Shown here: positions 29,526 through 40,046 of the stretch, piece by piece
How positions within the stretch are numbered: position 1 is the first letter of the stretch
How the letters are laid out: every line of letters starts with the position of its first letter
DNA from: an uncultured Acidobacteriota bacterium
Lineage (GTDB): Bacteria; Acidobacteriota; Thermoanaerobaculia; UBA5066; Gp7-AA6
Direction: 5' to 3'
Assembly (NCBI GenBank): GCA_963810205.1
Contig: CAWEMP010000013.1
Span: 14,573-78,572, forward strand
Length of the DNA: 64,000 bases
Notes under the pieces: generated by a model
The model's input: the letters and a program-made list of their open reading frames with translations, nothing else
Databases searched by the model: none
Told to the model about the DNA's origin: nothing
Translations under genes and position numbers: made by a program

Positions 29526-30548
29526 ATGGCGATCGTCGCGACGCGCGCGCTGACCAAGCGGTTCGGCGCCGGAGAGAATGCCGTCGACGGCGTCGACATC
29601 GAGACGCGGGACGGGGAATTCCTGGTGCTGCTCGGCCCGTCGGGCTCCGGCAAGACCACCGTGCTGCGGATGATCGCGGGCCTCGAGGAGCCGACCTCGG
29701 GCGAGATCCTGATCGGGGGCGCGGTCGTCAACGACCTGACCCCGCGCGAACGCGGCATCGCGATGGTCTTCCAGAGCTACGCGCTCTACCCGCACCTCAC
29801 GGTCTACGACAACATCGCGTTTCCGCTGAAGGCCCAGGGCGTCCCGCGCGGCGAGCACGAGGCCAAGATCGGCTGGGCCGCCGAAACGTTCGGCATCCTG
29901 CGACTGCTGGCCCGCAAGCCGCGCGAGCTCTCCGGCGGCGAGCGGCAGCGGGTGGCGCTCGCGCGCGCCCTCGTGCGCGAGCCGCGGGTCTTCCTGCTGG
30001 ATGAGCCGCTTTCGAACCTCGACGCGAAGCTGCGGGCCTCGGCGCGCGAGGAGCTCCAGAAGTTCCAGAAGCAGATCGGGACGACCGCCGTGTACGTGAC
30101 GCACGACCAGGTCGAGGCGATGGCGCTCGGCGACCGCGTCGTCATCATGGACCACGGCCGCATCCGCCAGGTCGGGACGCCCGCCGAGGTCTACGACGAT
30201 CCCGCGGACACGTTCGTCGCGACGTTTCTGGGCTCGCCGCCGATGAATCTGCTCGAAAAGGGCGGCGAGGTCCTGGGCTTTCGGCCCGAGCACGTGCGGG
30301 GCGGCGCGGGGCCGGTCGGGGCTGCGCGGTTCCGGTTCCGCTGCGAGCTGACCGAGTATCTCGGCTCCGAACGGCTCGCCTTCGGCACGCTCGAGGGCTG
30401 GGAGGGCCGCGAGGTCGTCTGGCGCTTTCCGTCCTGGGAATCGGCCCCGGAAGTGGGCTCGATCCAGGATGTCTTCGTGGAGAAGTCGCGGCTGCGGTTT
30501 TTCGATGCCGCCTCCGGTCTCCGGCGGCCGACGGCGCAGGTTCCTTGA
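29526..30548 (+). CDS. ABC transporter ATP-binding protein (MalK/UgpC type)
   Basis: Walker A GPSGSGKTT, LSGGERQRVALARAL, and a C-terminal TOBE-like domain. Confidence 0.9.
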   Translation: MAIVATRALTKRFGAGENAVDGVDIETRDGEFLVLLGPSGSGKTTVLRMIAGLEEPTSGEILIGGAVVNDLTPRERGIAMVFQSYALYPHLTVYDNIAFPLKAQGVPRGEHEAKIGWAAETFGILRLLARKPRELSGGERQRVALARALVREPRVFLLDEPLSNLDAKLRASAREELQKFQKQIGTTAVYVTHDQVEAMALGDRVVIMDHGRIRQVGTPAEVYDDPADTFVATFLGSPPMNLLEKGGEVLGFRPEHVRGGAGPVGAARFRFRCELTEYLGSERLAFGTLEGWEGREVVWRFPSWESAPEVGSIQDVFVEKSRLRFFDAASGLRRPTAQVP

Positions 30549-31435
30549 CCGGCCGCTCGCGCGGGGGACGCTGGCTCGGTCCGGCGCTCGTGGCGCCGGC
30601 CTTCGCCTACATCGCGCTTCTCGTCGGCCTGCCGGTCGTTCTCTCGCTCTTCCTGGCCGTGAGCGACGCGCGCGTCGGTTCCGACGAGCTGCATTTCGCG
30701 GGCCTCGCGAATTTTGCCGGCGCGGTCCGAACGCCGTCCTTCCGGGCGGCGCTCGCCCATTCGTTCCTCTTCACGGTGGCCTCCCAGGTGCTGGTGCTCG
30801 CCGGGGCGACGCTCCTCGCCCTTTCGCTCAAGGAAGCCTTCCGCGGCCGGGGGCTCGTGCGGTTCCTGGTGCTGCTGCCCTGGGTCGCCCCGATCTCTCT
30901 CGGCGCGATCGGCTGGAAGTGGCTGCTCGACTCGATCTACAGCGTCGTCAACTGGGGGCTCGCCGCGGCGCACCTGGTCGACCCGTGGAATCCGCCGATG
31001 TGGCTCGGGCAGCCGCGCCTGGCGATGCTGTCGGTGATCCTCGTCCACACGTGGCGCACGCTGCCTTTCGCGACGGTGATCCTGCTGGCCGGGCTGACGT
31101 CGATCCCGCGCGACATCCCCGAGGCGGCGGCGGTCGACGGAGGAGGGTTCTGGCGGACGCACTTCACGATCACGCTGCCCATGATCCGCCCGATCGTCCT
31201 GGTGGCGCTGCTCTTCGGCGTCGTCTTCACGTTCACCGACATGACGGCCGTCTACATCCTGACGCGCGGCGGTCCGGCCGACGCGACGCAGGTCCTGCCG
31301 TCGCTCGCGTTCTTCACGGGGATCCTCGGCGGGGACCTCGCGGGAGGGGCCGCGATCTCGCTCTTCCTCTTTCCGCTCCTGCTGGCGGCGGCGATCGTGC
31401 TGCTGAGGATCGCGCGCCGCTCGGAGGTGACCTGA
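30545..31435 (+). CDS. ABC transporter permease (MalF/UgpA-like)
   Basis: 6 TM and an EAA-like loop. Overlaps the upstream stop by 4 bp. Confidence 0.85.
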   Translation: MTGRSRGGRWLGPALVAPAFAYIALLVGLPVVLSLFLAVSDARVGSDELHFAGLANFAGAVRTPSFRAALAHSFLFTVASQVLVLAGATLLALSLKEAFRGRGLVRFLVLLPWVAPISLGAIGWKWLLDSIYSVVNWGLAAAHLVDPWNPPMWLGQPRLAMLSVILVHTWRTLPFATVILLAGLTSIPRDIPEAAAVDGGGFWRTHFTITLPMIRPIVLVALLFGVVFTFTDMTAVYILTRGGPADATQVLPSLAFFTGILGGDLAGGAAISLFLFPLLLAAAIVLLRIARRSEVT

Positions 31436-31436
31436 G

Positions 31437-32270
31437 ATGCGCCGGCGGAGCGCGCGTCGAATCCTGCGCCTCGTGGTCGCCGCGTTCGCGCTCGTGCTGT
31501 CCTTCCCGTTTTACTGGATGCTCCTGACGTCCCTGAAGCGCACGAGCGACCTCTACGACGTCGCGAACAACCCGCTCCTCTTCAACGAATCCCCGACGCT
31601 CGAGCACTGGAGATTCCTCTTCGCCGAGACGCTCTACCCGCGCTGGCTCGCCAACACCACGCTCGTGGGACTCGCCGTCGTGGCGATCACGCTCCTCTTC
31701 GCCGTGCCGGCGGCCTACGCCCTGGCGCGCCTGTCGGGGCGCTGGGGCGAACGGGCGGGCATCGGGATGTTCCTCATGTACCTGGTCCCTCCGACCCTCC
31801 TCTTCATCCCGATGTCGCGCGTCGTCGCGGTCCTGGGTCTGCAGGACTCGCTCTGGTCTCTCGTCGTCGTCTACCCGACCTTCACCGTGCCGTTCGCGAC
31901 CTGGCTCCTGATGGGCTTCTTCAAGTCGATCCCGAAGGACCTCGAGGACGCGGCGATGGTCGACGGCCTGTCCCGCTTCGCGGCCTTCGCGAAGGTCGTC
32001 GTCCCGATCTCCTTCTCCGGGCTCGTGACGGTCTCCATTTTCGCCTTCACCCTCGTCCTTCAGGAGTTCGTCTACGCGCTGACCTTCATCTCCTCGGCCT
32101 CGCTCCAGACCGTCGGCGTCGGCGTGCCGATCTACCTCGTCCGCGGCGACGTCTACTACTGGGGCGAGCTGATGGCCGCCTGCCTCTTCGCATCCGTCCC
32201 GGTGGCGATCGTGTACAACCTGTTTCTCGACCGGCTGATCCAGGGATTCACGGTCGGGGCGGTGAAGTGA
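31437..32270 (+). CDS. ABC transporter permease (MalG/UgpE-like)
   Basis: 277 aa with the DLEDAAMVDG EAA motif. Confidence 0.85.
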   Translation: MRRRSARRILRLVVAAFALVLSFPFYWMLLTSLKRTSDLYDVANNPLLFNESPTLEHWRFLFAETLYPRWLANTTLVGLAVVAITLLFAVPAAYALARLSGRWGERAGIGMFLMYLVPPTLLFIPMSRVVAVLGLQDSLWSLVVVYPTFTVPFATWLLMGFFKSIPKDLEDAAMVDGLSRFAAFAKVVVPISFSGLVTVSIFAFTLVLQEFVYALTFISSASLQTVGVGVPIYLVRGDVYYWGELMAACLFASVPVAIVYNLFLDRLIQGFTVGAVK

Positions 32271-32276
32271 CCGGCG

Positions 32277-32702
32277 TCAGGCGTCGGCGCGCGGGACGAA
32301 GAGCTCGAGCGGCAGGTGCCGCGAATAGGCCTCGAACGCGCTGTCGACGGTGAAGATCGACGCGCTCAGCCTTTCTGCGACGGCGCAGAGCAGGATGTCG
32401 ATCGCCGCGGACTGGATTCCCCGACTTCGACACAGATTCGACATCTCGGCCGCGCGAACGTGATCGGCCGTGTGCAACGGCTCGTCGGAAAAGGCGGCGA
32501 ATCGATCCCGCAGCTCGGCAAACCTGCGCGGGTCGCCGACGCCGGAGAGGAGCTCCTGTCGGACCAGGCCGACGACCACGACGCGTCCCTCGCGGATGAG
32601 GACGGCCAGGGCTGCCGCGTGAGCCTCTTCGACCCGGGAGAGGCTGGACGGGTGGCGGCGAAGCGCGAGAGACCAGACGTTGGTATCGACGAGGACTCTC
32701 AC
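32277..32702 (-). CDS. vapC: VapC PIN-domain toxin
   Basis: GTG start overlapping the vapB stop (GTGA). LVDTNVW...D...D PIN acidic residues. 141 aa. Confidence 0.75.
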   Translation of the reverse strand: MRVLVDTNVWSLALRRHPSSLSRVEEAHAAALAVLIREGRVVVVGLVRQELLSGVGDPRRFAELRDRFAAFSDEPLHTADHVRAAEMSNLCRSRGIQSAAIDILLCAVAERLSASIFTVDSAFEAYSRHLPLELFVPRADA

Positions 32703-32899
32703 CGCTTGAGCCGGTTCTTCTTGTAGTCGTAGTCCGGATCGAACTCGACCTTGCCGAAAAGGTCGAGAATCTCGAGCTGCTTGCGCCGCTGGACGAATTC
32801 CTCGAGAGCGGCGGTCACGGCTTCGCGCTTGGTGGCGAAGTTGCCGAGGCGTTTGGCTTCGAGGATGAGTTGGTCGTCGAGCTCGAGGTTCGTGGCCAT
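32699..32899 (-). CDS. vapB: VapB-type antitoxin (66 aa)
   Basis: GGAGG RBS then [43 protein letters not shown]. Confidence 0.7.
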   Translation of the reverse strand: MATNLELDDQLILEAKRLGNFATKREAVTAALEEFVQRRKQLEILDLFGKVEFDPDYDYKKNRLKR

Positions 32900-33004
32900 G
32901 AGACCTCCGCCACACATTATAGTGTGTGGAGCAATGTGTGGCCAGTAGCTTTGATTTCCGGTCGCGCGCCACTCCAGTATTGTCGCGAGGCTCCCGGAGG
33001 ACGC

Positions 33005-34975
33005 TTGAAGAACTCGAAACCCGACAATCGGACCCGGACCCTCGAAGCCCTCCTCCTCGAGAAGCGCCGCTTCCCGCCGCCGAAGGCGTTCGCAAAGGCG
33101 GCGCACGTCTCGAGCGAGGCGGTGTACCGCAGGGCCGACCGCGACTTCGAGAAGTTCTGGGCGGGCTTCGCGAAGGAGCTCGACTGGTTCAAGCCCTGGA
33201 AGAAGGTCCTCGACTGGAAGCCGCCGAGGGCGAAGTGGTTCGTCGGCGGCAAGCTCAACGTTTCGGTCAACTGCCTCGACCGGCACCTCTCGGGCCCTCG
33301 AGGCAACAAGGCCGCGCTCGTCTGGGAAGGCGAGCCGGGGGACCAGCGCACCCTCACCTACCGCGACCTCCACCGCGAGGTCGGCAAGTTCGCCAACGTC
33401 CTGAAGTCGCTCGGCGTGAAGAAGGGCGACCGCGTCACGCTCTATCTGCCGATGATCCCGGAGCTTCCCGTGGCGATGCTGGCGTGCGCGCGGATCGGCG
33501 CGATCCACTCGGTCGTCTTCGGCGGCTTCTCGGCCGAGTCGCTGCGGGACCGGATCAACGACCAGGGAGCCAGGGTCCTCGTCACGGCCGACGGCGGCTG
33601 GCGGCGCGGCCACGTGGTGCCCCTGAAGCAGATCGCCGACGAAGCGCTCGCCGATGCGCCTTCGATCGAGCACGTCGTCGTCGTGCGGCGGACCGGCGCG
33701 GACGTGGCCTATCACTCCGGGCGCGACCGGTGGTGGCACGACCTGATGAAGGACGCCCCGATTCGCTGCGCACCGGAGAAGATGGACGCCGAGGACCCGC
33801 TCTACATCCTCTACACCTCCGGCACGACGGGCAAGCCCAAGGGAATCCTCCACACCACGGGCGGCTACCTCGTGGGCGCATACGCGACGTCGAAGTGGAT
33901 CTTCGACCTGAAGGACGAGGACGTGTACTGGTGCACGGCCGACATCGGCTGGGTGACCGGGCACTCCTACGTCGTGTACGGGCCGCTCGCCAACGGCGCG
34001 ACCTGCCTCATGTACGAGGGCGCGCCCGACACGCCCACGCGCGCGCGCTTCTGGGAGCTCATCGAGCGGCACGGCGTCACGATCCTCTACACGGCGCCCA
34101 CGGCGATCCGCGCGTTCATGAAGTGGGGCACGGAGTGGCCGGCGAAACACGACCTGACGACGCTGCGCCTCCTCGGCTCCGTCGGCGAGCCGATCAACCC
34201 CGAGGCCTGGATCTGGTACCAGAAGCACATCGGCGGCGGCCGATGCCCCGTCGTCGACACGTGGTGGCAGACGGAGACCGGGATGATCCTGATCTCGCCC
34301 CTGCCGGGTGTGACCACGACGCGCCCCGGCTCCGCGACCAGGCCCTTCCCCGGGATCGAGGCGAAGATCCTCGACGCCGACGGCCGGGAAGTGAAAGTCG
34401 GCGGCGGCTACCTCGCCATCACGCGGCCCTGGCCGGCGATGCTCCGCGGAATCTGGGGCGACGACGAGCGCTACGTGAAGACCTACTGGTCGCGCTGGGG
34501 CCAGGACGTCTACTTTCCGGGAGACGGCGCCAAGCGCGACGCGGACGGCAACTTCTGGCTGCTCGGCCGCGTCGACGACGTCATGAACGTGGCCGGGCAC
34601 CGGATCGGCACGATGGAGGTCGAGTCGGCTCTCGTGGACCACCCGGCCGTCGCCGAGGCGGCGGTCGTCGGCGTCGCGGACGAGCTCAAGGGAACGGCGA
34701 TCGCGGCCTTCTGCATCCTGAGGGAATCGGCCCGGGCGGGCGATGGGGATCTGAACGCGGAGATCCGCGGCCACGTCGGCAAGAAGATCGGCGCAATCGC
34801 GCGGCCGGACAAGCTCTTCTTCGTCGCGGACCTGCCCAAGACCCGTTCCGGCAAGATCATGCGGCGGCTGCTGCGGGACCTCGCCGAGGGCCGCGTGCTG
34901 GGCGACACGACCACGCTCGCCGACTCGGGCGTCGTGGCGGCGCTCAAGCAGAAGTACGAGGATCGCGACGCGTGA
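33005..34975 (+). CDS. acs: Acetyl-CoA synthetase (AMP-forming)
   Basis: TTG start with GGAGG 4 nt upstream. [11 protein letters not shown] and the full Acs signature. 656 aa. Confidence 0.9.
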   Translation: MKNSKPDNRTRTLEALLLEKRRFPPPKAFAKAAHVSSEAVYRRADRDFEKFWAGFAKELDWFKPWKKVLDWKPPRAKWFVGGKLNVSVNCLDRHLSGPRGNKAALVWEGEPGDQRTLTYRDLHREVGKFANVLKSLGVKKGDRVTLYLPMIPELPVAMLACARIGAIHSVVFGGFSAESLRDRINDQGARVLVTADGGWRRGHVVPLKQIADEALADAPSIEHVVVVRRTGADVAYHSGRDRWWHDLMKDAPIRCAPEKMDAEDPLYILYTSGTTGKPKGILHTTGGYLVGAYATSKWIFDLKDEDVYWCTADIGWVTGHSYVVYGPLANGATCLMYEGAPDTPTRARFWELIERHGVTILYTAPTAIRAFMKWGTEWPAKHDLTTLRLLGSVGEPINPEAWIWYQKHIGGGRCPVVDTWWQTETGMILISPLPGVTTTRPGSATRPFPGIEAKILDADGREVKVGGGYLAITRPWPAMLRGIWGDDERYVKTYWSRWGQDVYFPGDGAKRDADGNFWLLGRVDDVMNVAGHRIGTMEVESALVDHPAVAEAAVVGVADELKGTAIAAFCILRESARAGDGDLNAEIRGHVGKKIGAIARPDKLFFVADLPKTRSGKIMRRLLRDLAEGRVLGDTTTLADSGVVAALKQKYEDRDA

Positions 34976-36506
34976 GGCCGGCGGGCGACCGGCTCTACGC
35001 CGGCGTGTGGATCGTCGCGGCCGTCAAGCTCCTGGCCCACCTGGCGACGACAGGCCGCTTCGGGTACGAGTACTTCGTCGACGAGCTCTACTTCAACGCC
35101 TGCGCGAAGCACCTGGCCTGGGGCTACATCGACATGCCGCCCTTCCACCCGGCCGTCACGGCCGTGGTGACGGCGGTCGCGCCCGGGTCGCTCTTCGCGA
35201 TCCGGCTGCTGCCGACCCTGGCCGGCGCGGCGCTCGTCCTGTTGACCGGCCTTCTCGCGCGCGAGCTCGGGGGCGGTAAGTCCGCCCAGCTTCTCTCGGC
35301 GATCTGCGTGGCGGTCGCGCCGATCTTCCTCATCGCGCACAGCTTCTCCTCGATGAACGCGTGGGAGCCGCTCCTGTGGACCGGCTGCGCGATTCTGCTC
35401 GTGCGCCTCCTCGACGGCGCGGACCCGCGGCTCTGGCTCGCTTTCGGCCTGCTCGCCGGGATCGGTCTCCTGAACAAGCACACGATGGGGCTTTACGGGG
35501 TCGGTGTCGTCGTGGGCCTCGCCTCGAGCGCCCGCGGGCGCGCCCTTTTCCGGAGCCGGTGGATCTGGGTTGGAGCGGCGGCGGCGTTTTTCGTGTTTCT
35601 TCCGAACCTCGTCTGGAACGTCCGCGAGGGCTTCCCGTTCTTCGAGCTCCAGGCCGCGATCCGCGCCAACCGGCGCAACGTCGAGCTATCGCCGCTCGCG
35701 TTCCTCGGCCAGCAGGCGATCATGCTGCTCCCGTTCACGGCGCCGGTCTGGCTGGGAGGGCTTGGCTGGCTCCTCGTCGATCGCGAGGGGCGTCGCTACC
35801 GCGCGCTCGGCGTCGTCTACCTGACGATCCTCGCCGCGCTCCTCGCCCTGAACGGCCGCGTCTACTATCTGGCGCCGGCCTACCCGATGCTCTTCGCCGG
35901 GGGCGGCGTCGCCGCGGAGCGCCTGCTCGCCGGGCGCAGGCTCGCGTGGCTCGGGCCCGTCTACGCCGCCGTCCTCGTCGCAGCCGGGATCTTCTTCGCG
36001 CCGATGGCGTTGCCTTGTTTGCCACCCGACCTGTACGTCCGGTATTCGCGCGCCATCGGCATGCAGCCGCCGCGATCGAGACCCATCGCATGGGCCCGCT
36101 GCCGCAGCTTCTCGCCGACCGTTTCGGCTGGAAGGAGATGGCGGAGAAGGCCGCGGCGGTCTACCGCGCGCTGCCCGAGGCCGAGCGCGCCGGGGCGCGG
36201 GTCTACGGCCAGAATTACGGCCAGGCGGGGGCGATCGACATGTACGGCCCGGGGCTCGGTCTTCCGCCTGCGCTCTCGGGCCACCTGGCGTACCACGACT
36301 GGGGACCGCCCCCGGTCGACCCGACGGTCCTCATCGTCTTCGACGACGACCGCCCGACGCTCGAGGGCCTCTTCGGCGAGGTCGAGCCCGCGGGTCAGGT
36401 GACCCATCCCTATTCGATGCCGTACCAGCACTTCGACGTCTGGGTCTGCCGGAAACCGAAAGTCTCCCTGCGCGCGATCTGGCCGCGCCTGCGCGAGCTC
36501 GGGTGA
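34972..36506 (+). CDS. GT39/GT83-type (ArnT/PMT-like) membrane glycosyltransferase; 1 frameshift near 36060
   Basis: GTG overlapping the acs stop. N-terminal multi-TM domain in the 32926 frame. The C-terminus (...[14 protein letters not shown]...) is in the 35361..36506 frame. Confidence 0.6.
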
Positions 36507-36554
36507 GGCGAGAAAGAGCTTCCCAGCAGCCCTCCAGCACGTACAATCGAAGCG

Positions 36555-37664
36555 GTGAAAGCAACCGGAAGCGTTCTGGACGGCCAGATCCTTGGCCGGC
36601 TTGATCGCTGGCGGAAGGCGCGCGCGGTGTTCGTTCGGCCCGACGGCGTCGAGGCCGAGCGCGCGGTGGCCGCAGTGTTCGGCCGGAACTGGGTCCGAGC
36701 GCCGATGTACGGGCGAGCCCGGCGCCTCCTCGTCGAGCGCACCCCGCAACACTTCCTCGACGAGCTGACGAAGGCTCTGGGCCCTCTTGCCGAACGCGTC
36801 CGCGTGGCCCCCGAGGACATGCAGCAGACGAAGTGGGATGCGATGAGCCGCCTGACGCCTCTGTCCCGGGCGCGAATCGAGGTCGAGGCCCTCTGGCTCG
36901 CCGACGAGCTCTCGACCGGGGACTTCTTCGTCGAGTTCCAGCCGATCTTCGACCTGAAGTCCGGAGAGACCGTCGGGCAGGAGGGTCTGCTTCGGGCCCG
37001 CGGCCGCGCGGCGTCGCGGCTGGCGGCCGAGATCTTCCCGGCAGCCGAAGCGCTCCACCTCGCGCCGTCCTTCGAGTCCTTCTCATGGTCCTGCGTGCTC
37101 GAGGCGACGGCGCGGCTGCCGGAGGGCACGCTCGTTTTCTTGAACGTCAATCCGCGGCTGATCGGTCGGGCGGAGGACGCGCTCGCGGCCCTCGGCGCCG
37201 AGGCGGAGCGGCAGGGTGTCTCGTTTTCTCGCCTCGTGCTGGACCTCGTCGAGATCGAGACTCTGCCGGCCGCCCCCGAGCTCGCGACCGCGCTCATGGT
37301 GCCGCGCGACCTCGGCGCCGTGATCGCCCTCGACGACGTGACGTCCGGCTACGGCACGCTGCAGCTGTGCCACGCCCTCCAGCCCGAGTTCATCAAGGTC
37401 GACAGCGAGGTCACCCGCGGGATCGCGACGGACCCGCGCCGGCGGGCCATCCTGAGGTTCCTCGCCGACCTCTCGCGCGAGTTCGCCTTCCGTCTGGTCG
37501 CCGAGGGGATCGAGTCGGCGGACGACCTCGACGTGTGCGCGGCCGAGGGCGTCACCGCCGCGCAGGGCTACTTTCTCGCCAGACCCGCTGCGGAGCCGCC
37601 GCCGGCCTCTCCGGAGCTGCGCGCGTGGCTCGCGGCGCGGTCCGGGGCCTCGCGGAGCGCGTAG
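36555..37664 (+). CDS. EAL-domain protein (c-di-GMP phosphodiesterase-like, EGL variant of EAL motif)
   Basis: EFQPIFDL, DDVTSGYGTLQ and EFIKVDSE motifs. Confidence 0.7.
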   Translation: MKATGSVLDGQILGRLDRWRKARAVFVRPDGVEAERAVAAVFGRNWVRAPMYGRARRLLVERTPQHFLDELTKALGPLAERVRVAPEDMQQTKWDAMSRLTPLSRARIEVEALWLADELSTGDFFVEFQPIFDLKSGETVGQEGLLRARGRAASRLAAEIFPAAEALHLAPSFESFSWSCVLEATARLPEGTLVFLNVNPRLIGRAEDALAALGAEAERQGVSFSRLVLDLVEIETLPAAPELATALMVPRDLGAVIALDDVTSGYGTLQLCHALQPEFIKVDSEVTRGIATDPRRRAILRFLADLSREFAFRLVAEGIESADDLDVCAAEGVTAAQGYFLARPAAEPPPASPELRAWLAARSGASRSA

Positions 37665-37666
37665 GT

Positions 37667-38083
37667 TTGGCGCCGAAGGGCGACGACCCTTCCGGGCTCG
37701 CCTCCGTCCGCCTCGACGTCTGGCTGGACGTGGCCTGCGTCTTTCCCACGCGCACGCAGGCCAAGGACGCCTGCGAAGGCGGAAAGGTGGACGTCAACGG
37801 TGCGCGCGCGAAAGCCCATCGGGAGATCCGGCCAGGCGACCGGATCGGCCTTGCGTCCCGCGACGATTCCGGCTTCCGGCGGGAGCTCGTCGTGCGCGGC
37901 CTCGCGGACCGCTCGATTCCCAGGGCCGCCGCCCGCGCCCTTTACGAGGACGTGACGCCTGCCCCGCCGCCCGAGGTCGTGGAGGCCCGCCGGCTCGACC
38001 GATTGCTCGCTCCCCGCCGGGACGCGGGCCGTCCGGACAAGCGGACCCGCCGCGACCGGATCCGGCACAAACGCGGAGACTGA
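37667..38083 (+). CDS. S4-domain RNA-binding protein (Hsp15/HslR-like)
   Basis: VRLDVWLDVACVFPTRTQAKDACEGGKVDVNG S4 signature. The start codon is uncertain. Confidence 0.5.
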   Translation: MAPKGDDPSGLASVRLDVWLDVACVFPTRTQAKDACEGGKVDVNGARAKAHREIRPGDRIGLASRDDSGFRRELVVRGLADRSIPRAAARALYEDVTPAPPPEVVEARRLDRLLAPRRDAGRPDKRTRRDRIRHKRGD

Positions 38084-38099
38084 GAATAGACTTCGCTCC

Positions 38100-38387
38100 A
38101 TGGATTTCGACGTCCTCTGCCCCTGCTGCAACGCGCGGCTGAAGGTCGATCCGGACCTGAAGGCCGTGATCGCGCACGAAGCCCCGAAGACGCCGCGCAA
38201 GTTCGGCTCGGTGGACGACGCCATCGGGGCGCTGAAGGGCCAGGACGAGGAGCGCGAGAAGAAGTTCGCCGCCTCGATCGAGGCCGAGAAGTCCAAGAAG
38301 GACGTCCTGAACCGGAAGTTCCAGGAGCTCTTCGAGAAGACGAAGGGCGACACGTCCAAGCCCGTCCGCGACATCGACCTCGACTGA
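38100..38387 (+). CDS. Small zinc-ribbon (CxxC...) protein with Lys/Glu-rich tail
   Basis: MDFDVLCPCCNARLKV. 95 aa. Confidence 0.5.
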   Translation: MDFDVLCPCCNARLKVDPDLKAVIAHEAPKTPRKFGSVDDAIGALKGQDEEREKKFAASIEAEKSKKDVLNRKFQELFEKTKGDTSKPVRDIDLD

Positions 38388-38422
38388 GGGCCGGGCGGCC
38401 GACTGCCCACGCCCCGTGACGA

Positions 38423-39382
38423 CTACCCCGGGCCGGCCCCCTGGTACGCCATCTCTCGCAGCGCCGCGATCCGCTTCTCGATCGGAGGGTGCGTCGCGAA
38501 GAGGTCGGCGAAGAACCCCTCCCGGCCGTTGACCGGCCGCCCGCGAGGATCCTCGATGCAGAGGTGCGCGATGCCCTGCTTGATCGAGGGCGTCGGCTCG
38601 ACGGCGGCGGCGATCTTCTCGAGCGCCGAGGCCAGGCCGAGGGGGTTGCGCGTCAGCTCCGCGCCGGAGGCGTCGGCCAGATACTCGCGCTGGCGCGACA
38701 CGGCGAGCGAGACGATCCGGGCGATGATCGGCGCCAGCACGATCGAGACGACCCAGAGCGCGACGAAAAGGAGGCCGAGCCCGCCGCCCTTTTCCGAAGA
38801 GTCCCGGCGGCCGCCCCAGCGCAGGCCGCGCCGGCTCCAGTCCGAGAGAAGCAGGATCGCCCCGGCGAGCGCGGCGACGACGGTCATCAGCCGCACGTCG
38901 TAGTTCCGGACGTGCGACAGCTCGTGGGACACGACGCCCTGCAGCTCGTCGCGGTCGAGCTTCTCGAGGAGCCCCCGCGTCACCGCGATCGAGGCCCGTT
39001 CCGGCCCGATGCCGGTCGCGAAGGCGTTGGGGTCCCCGTCCGGGATGACGTAGATCGCGGGCCTCGGCAGGCCGCTCGCGATCGCCATTTCGTCGACGAC
39101 GTTCTCGAGCATCCGATGCCTCGGATCGGCGGGATCGAGGGGCACGGCGCGCGTCGACTCGATCACGGCGCGGTCGCCGCCCTGGAGCGACCACCAGGCC
39201 GAGAAGCCGCCGACGCAGAGGGCGCCGAGCGTCGCGATCGGCAGCCCGGGCGAGAAGCCGCCCGCGTACAGCATCCCGTCGGCGCCGAGGCCGATGAGGA
39301 CGAGCAACAGGACGAACCCCGCGATGAACATCCGCGTGTTCGCGATGTTGCGCCTCTGCTGGTCGTAGAGGTTGAGCGGCAT
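38423..39382 (-). CDS. htpX: HtpX-like M48 zinc metalloprotease
   Basis: HELSHV motif, 4 TM. Confidence 0.85.
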   Translation of the reverse strand: MPLNLYDQQRRNIANTRMFIAGFVLLLVLIGLGADGMLYAGGFSPGLPIATLGALCVGGFSAWWSLQGGDRAVIESTRAVPLDPADPRHRMLENVVDEMAIASGLPRPAIYVIPDGDPNAFATGIGPERASIAVTRGLLEKLDRDELQGVVSHELSHVRNYDVRLMTVVAALAGAILLLSDWSRRGLRWGGRRDSSEKGGGLGLLFVALWVVSIVLAPIIARIVSLAVSRQREYLADASGAELTRNPLGLASALEKIAAAVEPTPSIKQGIAHLCIEDPRGRPVNGREGFFADLFATHPPIEKRIAALREMAYQGAGPG

Positions 39383-39410
39383 CGGAGTCTCGCGTGCCGA
39401 GACTCGTTCG

Positions 39411-39995
39411 CTACTGCGGCGGTCGCAGGCTCAGGTCGACCTTCGGCACGGCGCGCTCGGCGGCGTCCTGGATCTCGAAGAGCTCGACCGGCTGGAACTT
39501 GAACGCCTGCGCGATCAGGTTGTCCGGGAAGACCTGCTGCGCGGTGTTGAAGCGCGTCGCGATGTCGTTGTAGAACTGGCGGGCGAAACCGATGCGGTTC
39601 TCGGTCGAGGAGAGCTCCTCCATGAGCGCCTTGACCGACTCGTTGGCCTTCAGGTTCGGGTAGTTTTCCGCCAGGGCGAAGAGGCGCGAGAGCGTCTGCG
39701 TCAGCGCGTTCTCCTTGTCGGCGGCGTCGGCGACGCCCCGGGCGGAGACGGCGGAGTTGCGGGCCTGGATCACCTTCTCGAGGGTGTCCTGCTCGAACTG
39801 CATCTCGCCCTTGACGGCCGAGACGAGGTTCGGGATGAGGTCGTGCCGGCGCTTCAACTGGACGTCGATCTGCTTCCAGCCGTTGGCGACCTGGTTGCGG
39901 AGCGAGACGAGGTTGTTGTAGCGCCAGATCGCCCAGATGGCGCAGAGCACCGCGCCGACGAGCAGGACGACCAGGCAACCTCCGATTGCGGCCAA
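39411..39995 (-). CDS. lemA: LemA family protein
   Basis: N-terminal TM, then a conserved LemA core (NLVSLRNQV...QFYNDIATRFN). Confidence 0.85.
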   Translation of the reverse strand: MAAIGGCLVVLLVGAVLCAIWAIWRYNNLVSLRNQVANGWKQIDVQLKRRHDLIPNLVSAVKGEMQFEQDTLEKVIQARNSAVSARGVADAADKENALTQTLSRLFALAENYPNLKANESVKALMEELSSTENRIGFARQFYNDIATRFNTAQQVFPDNLIAQAFKFQPVELFEIQDAAERAVPKVDLSLRPPQ

Positions 39996-40046
39996 AGCGT
40001 TCCTCCGCTTCCTAGTACGCTTTTCCGGCCCGAGAGTTCAGTGCGC

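Noticed and set aside
28167-30293. 708-aa minus-strand ORF
   Set aside because: Antisense to the XRE regulator and ABC ATPase genes.
32926-36402. 1158-aa plus-strand ORF
   Set aside because: An off-frame shadow of acs. Only its section from 34972 (GT39 N-terminal domain) is used.
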